47,059 bases of DNA. Source: Rhodopirellula sp. (lineage in GTDB: Bacteria; Planctomycetota; Planctomycetia; Pirellulales; Pirellulaceae). This document shows, piece by piece, positions 38,638 to 47,059 of this stretch. Made by a program: the position numbers and the translations under genes. The notes beneath the pieces were generated by a model, which was given only the letters and a program-made list of their open reading frames with translations, was not told the origin of the DNA and ran no database searches. Every line of letters starts with the position of its first letter. Position 1 is the first letter of the stretch. The stretch spans positions 1 through 47,059 of the forward strand of contig JBDNIG010000318.1 in assembly GCA_041688415.1 (NCBI GenBank). Reading direction: 5' to 3'.

Positions 38638-39594
38638 TCAATGATTGAACAGGAATGCGGACGAGTTGATCAGCGCCCACACGAGGTCTTAGGTAGCGGT
38701 CAACCGTCCGTGTTCTCGTTGCGTTTCACTGCGTTGAACGTTCTCGCGGAGCGTGATCAAGCCTGCATCCTCAGCCGTGGTTGCTGCGAGGCGTTGGTGC
38801 CGAGCCTGCAAGGCGACGAGTTTCTCGTCCGCCGGGAGCGGTTTGCTGGCGACGGCAACTTGTGCTTGCGCCACCTGGATACTTCCACTTTGAGCTTGGA
38901 CATAATCACGGAGTAGCTTCGTTTGAGCTTCCGTGCCGTGCTGCGGCGGCGCCGTGGATGCGATCGCGAGCGTTTCGGTCGTGCTCAGGGGAATGTCACC
39001 TGGATGCGTCGTCAGGCTAATCCGGAAACGGCCCAATAGGTGATTCGCTGCCGGGTGGTTCTGGGCGATGACAAAACGCAGACGTGTTTCTGAATCCTCA
39101 ACCGTTGGCACCTCATCGGCGAATTGGAACGTTGCCCAGTGATCTTGAGGCAGTTTAGGTGAAACCGCCCAACCGTTCTGATTGCCGGAGTTGCCGTCAA
39201 AGGTGAGATCGAGGGAAAATCCAGGCTGCAAGAAGTCCGCCTTACCGCCCGCAATCTTCACCACGGGAAGCGTTTCCGGGAGCGCGTTCGAGTCCGTTCC
39301 AGCATGGACGGTGATTTCGGTAACGACAAAGTTCCCGTTGGGCGGCAATCCTGGGCCACCGCCGGGAAGCGATTCATCCGCAATGGCTTCCACACGAAAG
39401 CCGGTGATGTGCTTCAGCTCGGTTTCAAAATCAAGTGTGTAAGTGGCTTGGTTCGCCTTTCCAAGAACAACTGCGTCGTGTTCTCCATCGTCTCCTTGGG
39501 TGTCCGCTAGGAATTCGCGAACGGCCTCGCTCGTTGGAGGCAGTCCCGTGAGGTCCAAGTGAATCCGTCTGAAAAATGTGGCGTCATCAGCAAT
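38638..39594 (-). pseudogene. DUF1549/DUF1553 (planctomycete PSD1-type) protein remnant
   Basis: IADDATFFRRIHLDLTGLPPT (DUF1549); GGGPGLPPNGNFV domain; an in-frame TAA at 38689 followed by DLVWALINSSAFLFNH* (DUF1553 C-terminus). Confidence 0.82.
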
Positions 39595-39761
39595 TTAGCG
39601 GCGGGTTCTGCCTCGGTCAAGCAAAAAGGCGCATGCGCAACCGAGACGTGCGGCCGTCATTCCGATCGTCCAAGCCGAATTTCTCGCCAGCGAGAGGGGA
39701 CGTAACGGCCTGTTCCAACACCGCCTCACACTATCTAGGAACATCCAGATAGGACTGCGAT

Positions 39762-40175
39762 CTAGTCGTTCTCGGGCCATCCGTTTTTCAAGATGTTTTT
39801 CATCGCCGCCAAGGTTTGTTTGCTGACGTGGTGTTCGATGCCTTCGCTATCGGTCGCCGCGACGTGCTCGCTAACGCCGAGTTTCCGCAGGAAGGATTCG
39901 ACGATCTCGTGGCGTTGCCGCGACTTCACGGCTAGTCGCCGGCCCGCGGCGGTCAATTCGATCGGCTGATAAGGCTCGGTATGGACCAAGCCATCACGTT
40001 GCAGTCGCGAGATGGTGTTGTTGACCGTCGCATGCGTCACTTCGAAATGACCCACTAAATCCACCGCGCGGCAGACGCCTGACTTCTTGATCGCGTCCGC
40101 GATCGCTTCGACATAGTCCTCGGCCACTTCACTGGCATGATCGAGTCGGGTTCGTTGATGACTGGGGATGGACAT
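39762..40175 (-). CDS. mntR: MntR (DtxR family) manganese-dependent regulator, paralogue 1
   Basis: AEDYVEAI...CRAVDL..HFEVTHATV...EPYQPIELT..G...SRQRHEIVESFL..LGV...DSEGIEHHVS; E. coli MntR-like. Confidence 0.9.
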   Translation of the reverse strand: MSIPSHQRTRLDHASEVAEDYVEAIADAIKKSGVCRAVDLVGHFEVTHATVNNTISRLQRDGLVHTEPYQPIELTAAGRRLAVKSRQRHEIVESFLRKLGVSEHVAATDSEGIEHHVSKQTLAAMKNILKNGWPEND

Positions 40176-40288
40176 GGTGCTGCGAGATCCATTTCGAATT
40201 AGCGATCGGGGCGGAATAGAATATTCGATAGCCCATCATCGCGGAAGTTTGCATATGCACCACGCCCATATTTTTGAAGTCCTGATCC

Positions 40289-40726
40289 CTAATCACTCAG
40301 GTCCTTCGTCAGTTTCGCCAGTTTCGCGAGCGTCTTGGGGCTGACGTGGTGCTCGATCCCCTCCGCGTCGTGCGCCGCGGTCGCTTCGTCAACGCCAATC
40401 GCCAGCAAAAAGTCTTGGACGATTTGATGTCGCTTGCGAGATTGAACCGCCAACCGTTTTCCCTTCGCTGTCAGACGAATCGGACGATAGGGCTCGGTCT
40501 CGAGCAACCCCTCCACAACGAGTCGCGAGACGATGCGCGTCACGGTAACGTGGCTGACGCCGAAGAACGCGGCCAGATCGACGACGCGGCATTCGTCCTT
40601 GCGAGACAAAATATCGTCAACCGCTTCGACGTAATCCTCGGCCTTCTCGCGGGAGTGGTCGCGGCGTGTACGCTCGTGCGATTGCGGACCATGAAATTGT
40701 TGCGATTTTTCGTTGCTGGTGCTCAT
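40289..40726 (-). CDS. mntR: MntR (DtxR family) manganese-dependent regulator, paralogue 2
   Basis: AEDYVEAV...CRVVDLAAFFGVSHVTV...EPYRPIRLT..G...SRKRHQIV..FL..IGV...HDAEGIEHHVS. Confidence 0.9.
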   Translation of the reverse strand: MSTSNEKSQQFHGPQSHERTRRDHSREKAEDYVEAVDDILSRKDECRVVDLAAFFGVSHVTVTRIVSRLVVEGLLETEPYRPIRLTAKGKRLAVQSRKRHQIVQDFLLAIGVDEATAAHDAEGIEHHVSPKTLAKLAKLTKDLSD

Positions 40727-41171
40727 GTGGGCGAGATCCGAAGGTTCTGAAGGCGACGGGTGTCATTCCGGTCCGCAGTTTGAGCACCAACGTAAAACAA
40801 TCCCGCGATCAGCCCTCGGCAACACACGGTAAATCGGACGCCAAAGCCGATCATGCCCCATCGCCATGCTGGAATCCCACGCGACGGGGGCTGTGACGGA
40901 TACATCGGACGGCTTGGATCTTGGTAACGTTGCACGGCACTGCCAAATTGAAAAGTAACGAACCCGTCCCTTGAGCTGAGTTTGCCCACCAATATAACGC
41001 AAACACCATCACGCGCCTCCATTGTCGACAGAGGTTTGGGATTTCGCCACTTCACTGGGGGTAGGGAAAATGGATTCGGCTGGTTTCGATTCAAGCGGAT
41101 CGCGAATCTTGACCGCGAGTGCTCATGGCGGTCGAACATCGGCAAGAAGTCTCGGCGTGGCCCTGGACCAG

Positions 41172-41193
41172 AAGTGTAGCAATAGCTACTTTA
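41172..41193. promoter_or_regulatory. Candidate MntR operator
   Basis: aagtGTAGC-aata-GCTACttta matches the TAGC-N4-GCTA core of the E. coli MntR box, about 95 bp upstream of the solute-binding protein start. Confidence 0.6.
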
Positions 41194-41284
41194 GGACGGG
41201 TCCAGCCCAGGCTATGTGAATGCCTGGGCAACCGTTTCGCCGGGTTCCAGTGTGATTGAGGAACCTCTTGGAGTTCATTTTCTG

Positions 41285-42301
41285 ATGCAGCATCTCTTTC
41301 TTACTGTTCTTCTCGTTCCAGCATTGGTGCTCGCGGGACTCGCGGCGGGCTGCAACACGTCCAATAGTCCCGGCTCGACGTCGAAAACTGGAGCCTCATC
41401 GCTCACCGTCGATCCCGACAAGCCGATCGCTGTGACGGCGACGGTCGGGATGGTGGGGGACTTGGTGCGGGCCGTCGGTGGTAACCGCGTCGATGTGAAG
41501 CAGATCATGGGTGCCGGCGTCGATCCGCATTTGTACAAGGCGACTCGCGATGATGTGCAGATAATAATGACTGCGGACGTGATCTTCTATTCCGGCTTGA
41601 TGCTCGAAGGCAAAATGACCGACACGCTGATCAAGATGGCTCGCGGCAAGCCGGTCATTGGCATCACCGAGGCGCTTGACGAAGAGACACTGCTCGCGCC
41701 TGCGGACTTCGCCGGGCACTACGATCCGCACGTGTGGATGGACGTCGCGGCTTGGTCGAAATGCGTCGACGTGATCGCGGACGAATTGTCGGCCATCGAT
41801 CCGCCCTCGGAAGCGGGCTATCACGAGCGAGCCAAGGAGTTGAGAGCTGAGCTGGCGAAGCTGAACGAATATGGCAAACGTGTGATCGCGACGGTCCCAG
41901 AGGATAGTCGTGTGTTGGTGACGTCTCATGACGCATTCAACTACCTCGGTCGCGCCTATGGGTTGGAGGTGATGGGCGTCCAGGGAATCTCGACTGAATC
42001 CGAAGCCGGATTGCAGCGAATCAATGAGTTGGTCGACCTGCTCGTTGACAAGAAGGTGAGGTCGGTGTTTGTCGAGAGCAGCGTGCCACGCAAGAACATT
42101 GACTCCCTCGTCGAAGGTGCCAAGTCTCGTGGTCATGAGGTCAAGGTTGGTGATCAAGAATTGTTCAGCGATGCGATGGGCACGCCCGGTACTTACGAAG
42201 GGACTTACATTGGCATGCTCGATCACAACATCACGCTCGTCGCCCGTGGTTTGGGTGGCGAGGCTCCCGAAAATGGCTTTCAAGGCAAACTCAATCAATG
42301 A
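41285..42301 (+). CDS. Mn/Zn/Fe ABC transporter solute-binding lipoprotein (TroA-like)
   Basis: Lipobox LAAGC; metal-ligand motifs GVDPHLY, DPHVWMD, TSHDAFNY, LFSDAMG. ATG 41285 preferred. Confidence 0.92.
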   Translation: MQHLFLTVLLVPALVLAGLAAGCNTSNSPGSTSKTGASSLTVDPDKPIAVTATVGMVGDLVRAVGGNRVDVKQIMGAGVDPHLYKATRDDVQIIMTADVIFYSGLMLEGKMTDTLIKMARGKPVIGITEALDEETLLAPADFAGHYDPHVWMDVAAWSKCVDVIADELSAIDPPSEAGYHERAKELRAELAKLNEYGKRVIATVPEDSRVLVTSHDAFNYLGRAYGLEVMGVQGISTESEAGLQRINELVDLLVDKKVRSVFVESSVPRKNIDSLVEGAKSRGHEVKVGDQELFSDAMGTPGTYEGTYIGMLDHNITLVARGLGGEAPENGFQGKLNQ

Positions 42302-43104
42302 GCCTCGCAATAGAATCTTCTGCCTCGCCCAGCAGCGACGCATCAATCGCTCTTTCTGTCGATGACTTAACGGTCGCTTATCACCGCAAGCCGGTGATTT
42401 GGGACGTGGCGCTCGATCTTCCAGCGGGATCCCTGATCGGTATCATTGGTCCCAACGGTGCGGGCAAGAGCACGTTGCTCAAGGCGGTCATGAACTTGGT
42501 GCCGCGTGCATCGGGCCGCGTCAAAGTGTTCGGCGAATCGTATCGCGCCAATCGTCACCGGGTTGGCTACGTGCCGCAGCGTGAGAGTGTCGACTGGGAC
42601 TTTCCCGTCGATGCGCTCGACGTGGTGACGATGGGTTTGTACAGCAGGATCGGATGGTGTCTGCCTGTCCGCAAGAGGCATCGTGAAGCCGGCATGGAAG
42701 CACTCCGCCGGGTAGGCATCGCCGATCTTGCTCATCGTCAAATCAGCCAACTTTCGGGCGGCCAGCAACAACGCACGTTTTTGGCACGCGCGTTGGTCCA
42801 GGATGCCGATCTTTATTTAATGGATGAACCGTTCGCAGCGGTGGACGCGTCGACGGAAAAGGCGATCGTTGAGTTGTTGCGAGAGTTGAAGTCGCGTGGC
42901 AAGACAGTGGTCGTGATTCACCATGACCTGCAATCGGTGCCGGAGTATTTTGATTACGCGGTGTTGCTTAATATGCGAGTGGTGGCGCACGGCCCGATCG
43001 AGACCGTGTTCACATCGGAGAATTTGCAAAAAACCTACGGCGGTCGACTGACCCTGCTCGACGAGGTTAGCGAGGCGATGCGTCGCCGGGAGCGGTCGTT
43101 GTGA
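42298..43104 (+). CDS. Metal ABC transporter ATP-binding protein (TroB-like)
   Basis: GPNGAGKST; GYVPQR; LSGGQQQR; MDEPF; HHDL. Confidence 0.95.
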   Translation: MSLAIESSASPSSDASIALSVDDLTVAYHRKPVIWDVALDLPAGSLIGIIGPNGAGKSTLLKAVMNLVPRASGRVKVFGESYRANRHRVGYVPQRESVDWDFPVDALDVVTMGLYSRIGWCLPVRKRHREAGMEALRRVGIADLAHRQISQLSGGQQQRTFLARALVQDADLYLMDEPFAAVDASTEKAIVELLRELKSRGKTVVVIHHDLQSVPEYFDYAVLLNMRVVAHGPIETVFTSENLQKTYGGRLTLLDEVSEAMRRRERSL

Positions 43105-44807
43105 ATCGCGAAAAGTACGCCGTGGTTTCCAAGACTTCACCCTCCCCAGACGAAGTCAGGGGAGGGTCGAACCGAGCGAAGCAAGGTTCGGGGAGGGGCG
43201 TCCACGATGGATTTCGAACTCAAGTCGCGAGGTTAACCCTCCCCGGAAACCTCGCTGAACGCTCGTTTTCCGGCCCTCCCCGCTTCGCCGGGAGGGTGGA
43301 AACGGCAGGGCTAGGTAAACTGCTGGGCCTTCGGCTCGCAAGCTTTGCGATATCTGTCTTTGCATTTCTAGTCATCGTTGCGATCCCGTCAGTCGCCTCC
43401 GCCGCGTCGTCCACCCGTTCAATCACCGACCGGAGTGTGAACTGGCCGACCGCCGCTCAGTGGCAGCGCGTCCTGTTCTTGGAAGACTACAACACGCGTG
43501 TGGTTTTATTCGGCGTCGCCGTGTTAGGAGCGGCAGGCGGATTGGTTGGCAGTTTTACTCTACTGCGCAAGCGTGCGTTGCTCGCCGATGCACTGTCACA
43601 TGCCAGTTGGCCTGGAATTGGACTGGCATTCATGATTGCCAGCGTGATGGGAATGAACGCGAAGTCGCTGCCGGTTCTGCTCTTTGGTGCAACCGTCACC
43701 GGATTGCTCGGTGTCGGTGTCGTTCTGATCGTCCGATCGAAAACTCGATTGAAGGAAGATGCGGCGCTCGGGATCGCGTTGAGCGTGTTCTTCGGTGCCG
43801 GAATGTCGTTGCTCGGAGTGGTGCAGCAGATGGAAACCGGACAGGCTGCCGGCTTGGAAGGTTTCATCTATGGCAAAACCGCTTCGATGAACTGGAACGA
43901 TGCGCAACTGATCACGATGGCTTCGCTGTTTGCCATCCTGTGCTGCATGTTGTTGTTCAAAGAGTTCAAACTATTATGTTTTGATGAGAGCTTTGCGGGC
44001 TCACGGGGCGTGCCCGTCCTGGCATTGGACCTTGCACTGATGTCACTAGTGGTGTTGGTGACCATCGTCGGCCTGCAGGCGGTCGGCTTGATCTTGGTAG
44101 TCGCGATATTCGTTATCCCCGCTGCGGCAGCCCGTTTCTGGACGGAGAAGATGTGGGTCGTTGCCTGGTTGTCGGCGCTGCTGGGCGGTGCAGGCGGAGT
44201 GATCGGCGGGGCGGCAAGTGCCGTTTTTCCGCGGCTTCCTTCCGGAGCGATGATCGTGCTCGCGTCGACGACGTTATTTATCTTCAGCATGTTTTTTGGT
44301 TCGGCGCGAGGCGTGACGATCCGCTGGCTGCGACGAGCGAACGTGAACCGGCGTATTCGCAGTCACCATTTGCTGCGCGGTCTCTATGAGCTTCTTGAGC
44401 TGGATGAGTCGAGTTCGAGAAAGGGGCGTGCGGGGATGATGCCAGCCTCGGTGCCGCTGGATCAATTACTCGCGATCCGAAGCTGGTCACGAAGCCAGTT
44501 GCGTCGGACGATTGGAGTGGCCCAGCGAGATGGGTTGGTCAATCGCCAAGACGATGAGGTTGGATTGACGCTGGCAGGCGTTGCTCAAGCTGCTCGTCTC
44601 ACACGCGAACATCGCCTGTGGGAACTGTATTTGATCACTCACGCCGATACGGCCCCGAGCCGCGTGGACCGAGACGCTGATCGCATCGAACATGTGCTGG
44701 AGCCGGAACTGATCGACGAACTCGAGCGACTTCTCGAACAGCAACCCGTTCAAATTCCTGTCCCACCGAATCCGCACGCGGCGTTGCCCGAGGGAGCACA
44801 ATCATGA
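43101..44807 (+). CDS. Metal ABC permease (TroC-like) fused to a C-terminal DtxR-like domain
   Basis: LLRKRALLADALSHA; KEDAALG; FKEFKLLCFD; IPAAAARFWT; C-terminal AARLTREHRLWELYL...DADRIEHVL. GTGA overlap with the ATPase. Confidence 0.9.
   Translation: MNREKYAVVSKTSPSPDEVRGGSNRAKQGSGRGVHDGFRTQVARLTLPGNLAERSFSGPPRFAGRVETAGLGKLLGLRLASFAISVFAFLVIVAIPSVASAASSTRSITDRSVNWPTAAQWQRVLFLEDYNTRVVLFGVAVLGAAGGLVGSFTLLRKRALLADALSHASWPGIGLAFMIASVMGMNAKSLPVLLFGATVTGLLGVGVVLIVRSKTRLKEDAALGIALSVFFGAGMSLLGVVQQMETGQAAGLEGFIYGKTASMNWNDAQLITMASLFAILCCMLLFKEFKLLCFDESFAGSRGVPVLALDLALMSLVVLVTIVGLQAVGLILVVAIFVIPAAAARFWTEKMWVVAWLSALLGGAGGVIGGAASAVFPRLPSGAMIVLASTTLFIFSMFFGSARGVTIRWLRRANVNRRIRSHHLLRGLYELLELDESSSRKGRAGMMPASVPLDQLLAIRSWSRSQLRRTIGVAQRDGLVNRQDDEVGLTLAGVAQAARLTREHRLWELYLITHADTAPSRVDRDADRIEHVLEPELIDELERLLEQQPVQIPVPPNPHAALPEGAQS
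43138..43298. repeat. CCCTCCC-type palindromic element inserted in frame in the permease 5' end
   Basis: caccctcccc...ggggaggg...ggggagggg ... ccctcccc...ccctcccc...gggagggtg. Confidence 0.7.
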
Positions 44808-46147
44808 CTTGGAATTGGCAGTTGGACGGATGGATTATTGCGGCCGGGGTGTTGTGCGCGGTCGCATCAGCATTGGTTGGTAATTTTTTAGTGTTGCGTC
44901 GCTTGAGCATGTTGGGCGACGCGGTCTCGCATGCGGTGCTGCCGGGTTTGGCTGTCGCTTTTTTTATCAGTAATAGCCGCAGCAGTCTGCCAATGTTTCT
45001 GGGCGCGGTGATTGTCGGTGTGCTGACGGCATTGTTTACCGAGTGGATTCGCGGGGTGGGCAAGGTCGACGAGGGGGCGTCGATGGGCGTGGTGTTCACG
45101 TCGCTATTCGCGGTGAGGTTGATCATGATCGTGCAAGCGGCGGACAAAGTCGACTTGGACGCGGGCTGCGTGCTCTATGGTGCGATTGAAATGACGCCGC
45201 TGGATACGTTGACATTATTTGGGTTCACCCTCCCGCGCGCCGTGTTGGTGTTGGGAGTGATTACGTTGGTGAATCTGCTGTTTGTAGTGATCTTTTTTAA
45301 GGAGCTGAAACTGAGTTCCTTCGACCCGTCGCTAGCGACGTCGATGGGATTTTCATCCGCGATCATGCACTACGCGCTGATGGTGCTGGTGGCGGTGACA
45401 GCCGTGGCGAGCTTTGAGAGCGTCGGTAACGTTTTGGTCGTGGCAATGTTCATCGTGCCACCGGCGACGGCTTATCTACTGACTGATCGGCTCGGCGTGA
45501 TGATCGTTCTTTCAGCGATCATCGGTGCCGTCGGCGCGGCCAGTGGGCATGTTGCCGCCGTGATCGTGCCGACTTGGTTCGGTTATCGAAGTACGACAAC
45601 CGCAGGCATGATGGCGGTGATGGTCGGCGTGCTGTTCGCGATCGCGCTATTGTTTTCGCCACACCAAGGCATCGTGGTGAAATTCGTGCGACGTCGGATC
45701 TTGTCGCTGAGCATTTTAGCGGATGATATCGTGGGCCTGCTCTACCGCGACGAGGAACGTCAGCACGAAAGCCAACGATTGCATGGTTCTGGATCGCCAA
45801 CGAGCCCGCAAACAATCGCGGGCCAGCTTTTAGCGTCTCGCTCGGCCGTCACGATGGCAATCGCCCGACTCAAGCGTCAGGGACAATTGCGACTAGTCAG
45901 CGGCGGTTGCGAACTTACCGACGCGGGAACGCAGCGGGCGCGAGACTTGGTCCGTTCGCACCGCTTGTGGGAGCAGTACTTGGTCACCGAAGCCGACATG
46001 GACGCTTCGCGGATTAACGACAAAGCCGAGCGGTTCGAGCACTTTACCGATGCGCCGATGCAGCGGGATTTGGATGTGCAGACCGATCATCCCGCGCTCG
46101 ATCCGCACGGTCGTGAGATCCCTCGTGACGAGGACTCGTCGCGGTGA
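44804..46147 (+). CDS. Metal ABC permease (TroD-like) fused to a C-terminal DtxR-like domain
   Basis: LVLRRLSMLGDAVSHAVLPG; FKELKLSSFD; ASFESVG; C-terminal ARDLVRSHRLWEQYL...KAERFEHFT...DPHGREIP. Confidence 0.9.
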   Translation: MTWNWQLDGWIIAAGVLCAVASALVGNFLVLRRLSMLGDAVSHAVLPGLAVAFFISNSRSSLPMFLGAVIVGVLTALFTEWIRGVGKVDEGASMGVVFTSLFAVRLIMIVQAADKVDLDAGCVLYGAIEMTPLDTLTLFGFTLPRAVLVLGVITLVNLLFVVIFFKELKLSSFDPSLATSMGFSSAIMHYALMVLVAVTAVASFESVGNVLVVAMFIVPPATAYLLTDRLGVMIVLSAIIGAVGAASGHVAAVIVPTWFGYRSTTTAGMMAVMVGVLFAIALLFSPHQGIVVKFVRRRILSLSILADDIVGLLYRDEERQHESQRLHGSGSPTSPQTIAGQLLASRSAVTMAIARLKRQGQLRLVSGGCELTDAGTQRARDLVRSHRLWEQYLVTEADMDASRINDKAERFEHFTDAPMQRDLDVQTDHPALDPHGREIPRDEDSSR

Positions 46148-46317
46148 CCAAGAGCGGCCAACGCCGAACTCGGGTGGAAGATTATTTATTGGCCGTCGAG
46201 CAATTATGCCGCGATGCGGACCGCGCGGCAACGGGCAAACTGGCCGCCGTGCTCGGGATCGCCAATGGAACCGCCGTGCGATTCCTTCGCCGCATTTGTC
46301 GACCGGTGCAACGCTAA
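46144..46317 (+). pseudogene. Truncated DtxR/TroR-family regulator (N-terminal HTH only)
   Basis: Manual translation from the GTG overlapping the permease TGA: MTKSGQRRTRVEDYLLAVEQLCRDADRAATGKLAAVLGIANGTAVRFLRRICRPVQR*. At 57 aa it is below the ORF track cutoff. Confidence 0.75.
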
Positions 46318-46530
46318 TCGAGCTCGCCAACGTGGCACTGTCGGCTCACTGTTCCGCTGGAGTACCGATCCAGGCGAGACATCGTTGCCCCAGCCTGATC
46401 AGCCACTCGTCACCGACCGCCCCGACTTTACCGAGGCGAGTAGCGTCGTCGGGCTGGGCATTTTGCAGATCGAGTCCGGCTACACGTACACTTACGACAC
46501 CGACGGCACTACCGAAAGCATTGATCAGAC
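46276..46530 (+). pseudogene. Outer-membrane transporter (Phenol_MetA_deg-like beta-barrel) fragment interrupted by IS
   Basis: GSLFRWS...PLVTDRPDFTEASSVVGLGILQIESGYTYTYD; no signal peptide in frame; the stop codon is supplied by the IS end. Confidence 0.7.
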
Positions 46531-47059
46531 GTAACTGCTCAATAATCCGTCTCGATTGCTATTTACGCGGACAGGCGATTTCGCGCTCTCTATTGCGCAT
46601 GAGCAAACAGCAGCCAGAATCGCCCACGCCAATCACCATGGCAGGCATCGAAATTCCCGTCGCCAAGCAGTCACCGCTGGTGCTCGTGCTGCTCGCCGTC
46701 ATTCAGAAACTTGCTGCCGAGAACCAAGATTTGCGGGACGAAATTCAGCGGCTCAAAAAAACTACCACCCGCCCCGACATCAAGCCTAGCCGATTGCTCG
46801 ATCCACCTCCCGAACCAGAGAATGAATCCGGCACCAAGAAAAAACGGGCGGGATCGCAAAAAAGAAAGAAAACAAAAGACCTCCGCATCGACTTCACCCA
46901 ACTCATTGAGCCCGAGGTCGTGCCACCGGGTGCCAAGTTCGAGGGCTACCGCGACTTCGTCGTCCAAGACATCGTCATGGAGTCTCGGAACACGCGTTAC
47001 CGCCGGGCCGTTTATCGACTTGCCGATGGATCCCTTATCGTCGGCCAACGACCCGACGG
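46531..47059 (+). mobile_element. IS66-family-like insertion sequence, left end; runs off window
   Basis: Starts GTAACTGCTCA (GTAA terminus typical of IS66) exactly where the transporter frame ends, followed by a transposase ORF. Confidence 0.72.
46599..47059 (+). CDS. IS66-like transposase, partial
   Basis: Manual translation: MSKQQPES...LRDEIQRLKKTTTRPDIKPS...KFEGYRDFVVQDIVMESRNTRYRR; open to the window end. Confidence 0.72.
   Translation, partial: MSKQQPESPTPITMAGIEIPVAKQSPLVLVLLAVIQKLAAENQDLRDEIQRLKKTTTRPDIKPSRLLDPPPEPENESGTKKKRAGSQKRKKTKDLRIDFTQLIEPEVVPPGAKFEGYRDFVVQDIVMESRNTRYRRAVYRLADGSLIVGQRPD

Noticed and set aside
40723-41145. 140-aa ORF ending in an ATGA overlap with mntR
   Set aside because: No family recognised. 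Only the part from about 40905 looks like a degraded membrane-protein start, which is too weak to call.
40727-41284. yybP-ykoY manganese riboswitch in the long intergenic region
   Set aside because: I could not find the GGGGAGUA and CGUCA.UAC/GAGACC core on either strand; an Infernal search would settle it.

Overview
This window is GC-rich bacterial DNA whose gene families and repeats (DUF1501, DUF1549/DUF1553, FlgI-HEAT lipoprotein, REP-like palindromes) point to a Planctomycete, probably Pirellulaceae-like. It falls into six parts. (1) 1-6.4 kb is mostly housekeeping: a partial DUF6513/DHPS-like gene, kdsA, a TPR lipoprotein, TatD, a truncated recQ, an MBL hydrolase and an acyl-CoA thioesterase. 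(2) 6.7-20.4 kb is a seven-gene MoxR/DUF58/BatA-vWA operon on the minus strand, divergent from an orphan FlgI-like lipoprotein. (3) About 22.4-37.5 kb is an accessory island ending at a decayed tyrosine integrase next to tRNA-Gln(TTG). It carries a Uma2 nuclease, a 5'-truncated glpQ, a YeeA/YeeB/YeeC-like m6A methyltransferase-helicase-GIY-YIG module, and a low-GC heparinase II/III-like beta-propeller protein. A RhuM fragment with twin perfect palindromes and a DUF559 nuclease bounded by 43-bp inverted repeats sit inside the Yee module. (4) 37.7-39.6 kb holds internally deleted DUF1501 and DUF1549/1553 pseudogenes. (5) 39.8-46.3 kb is a Mn/Fe uptake locus with five DtxR/MntR-family domains: two free MntR paralogues, a C-terminal fusion on each ABC permease, and a truncated regulator missed by the ORF track. 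(6) An IS66-like element runs off the right edge. All calls come from motif recognition by eye; no searches were run.
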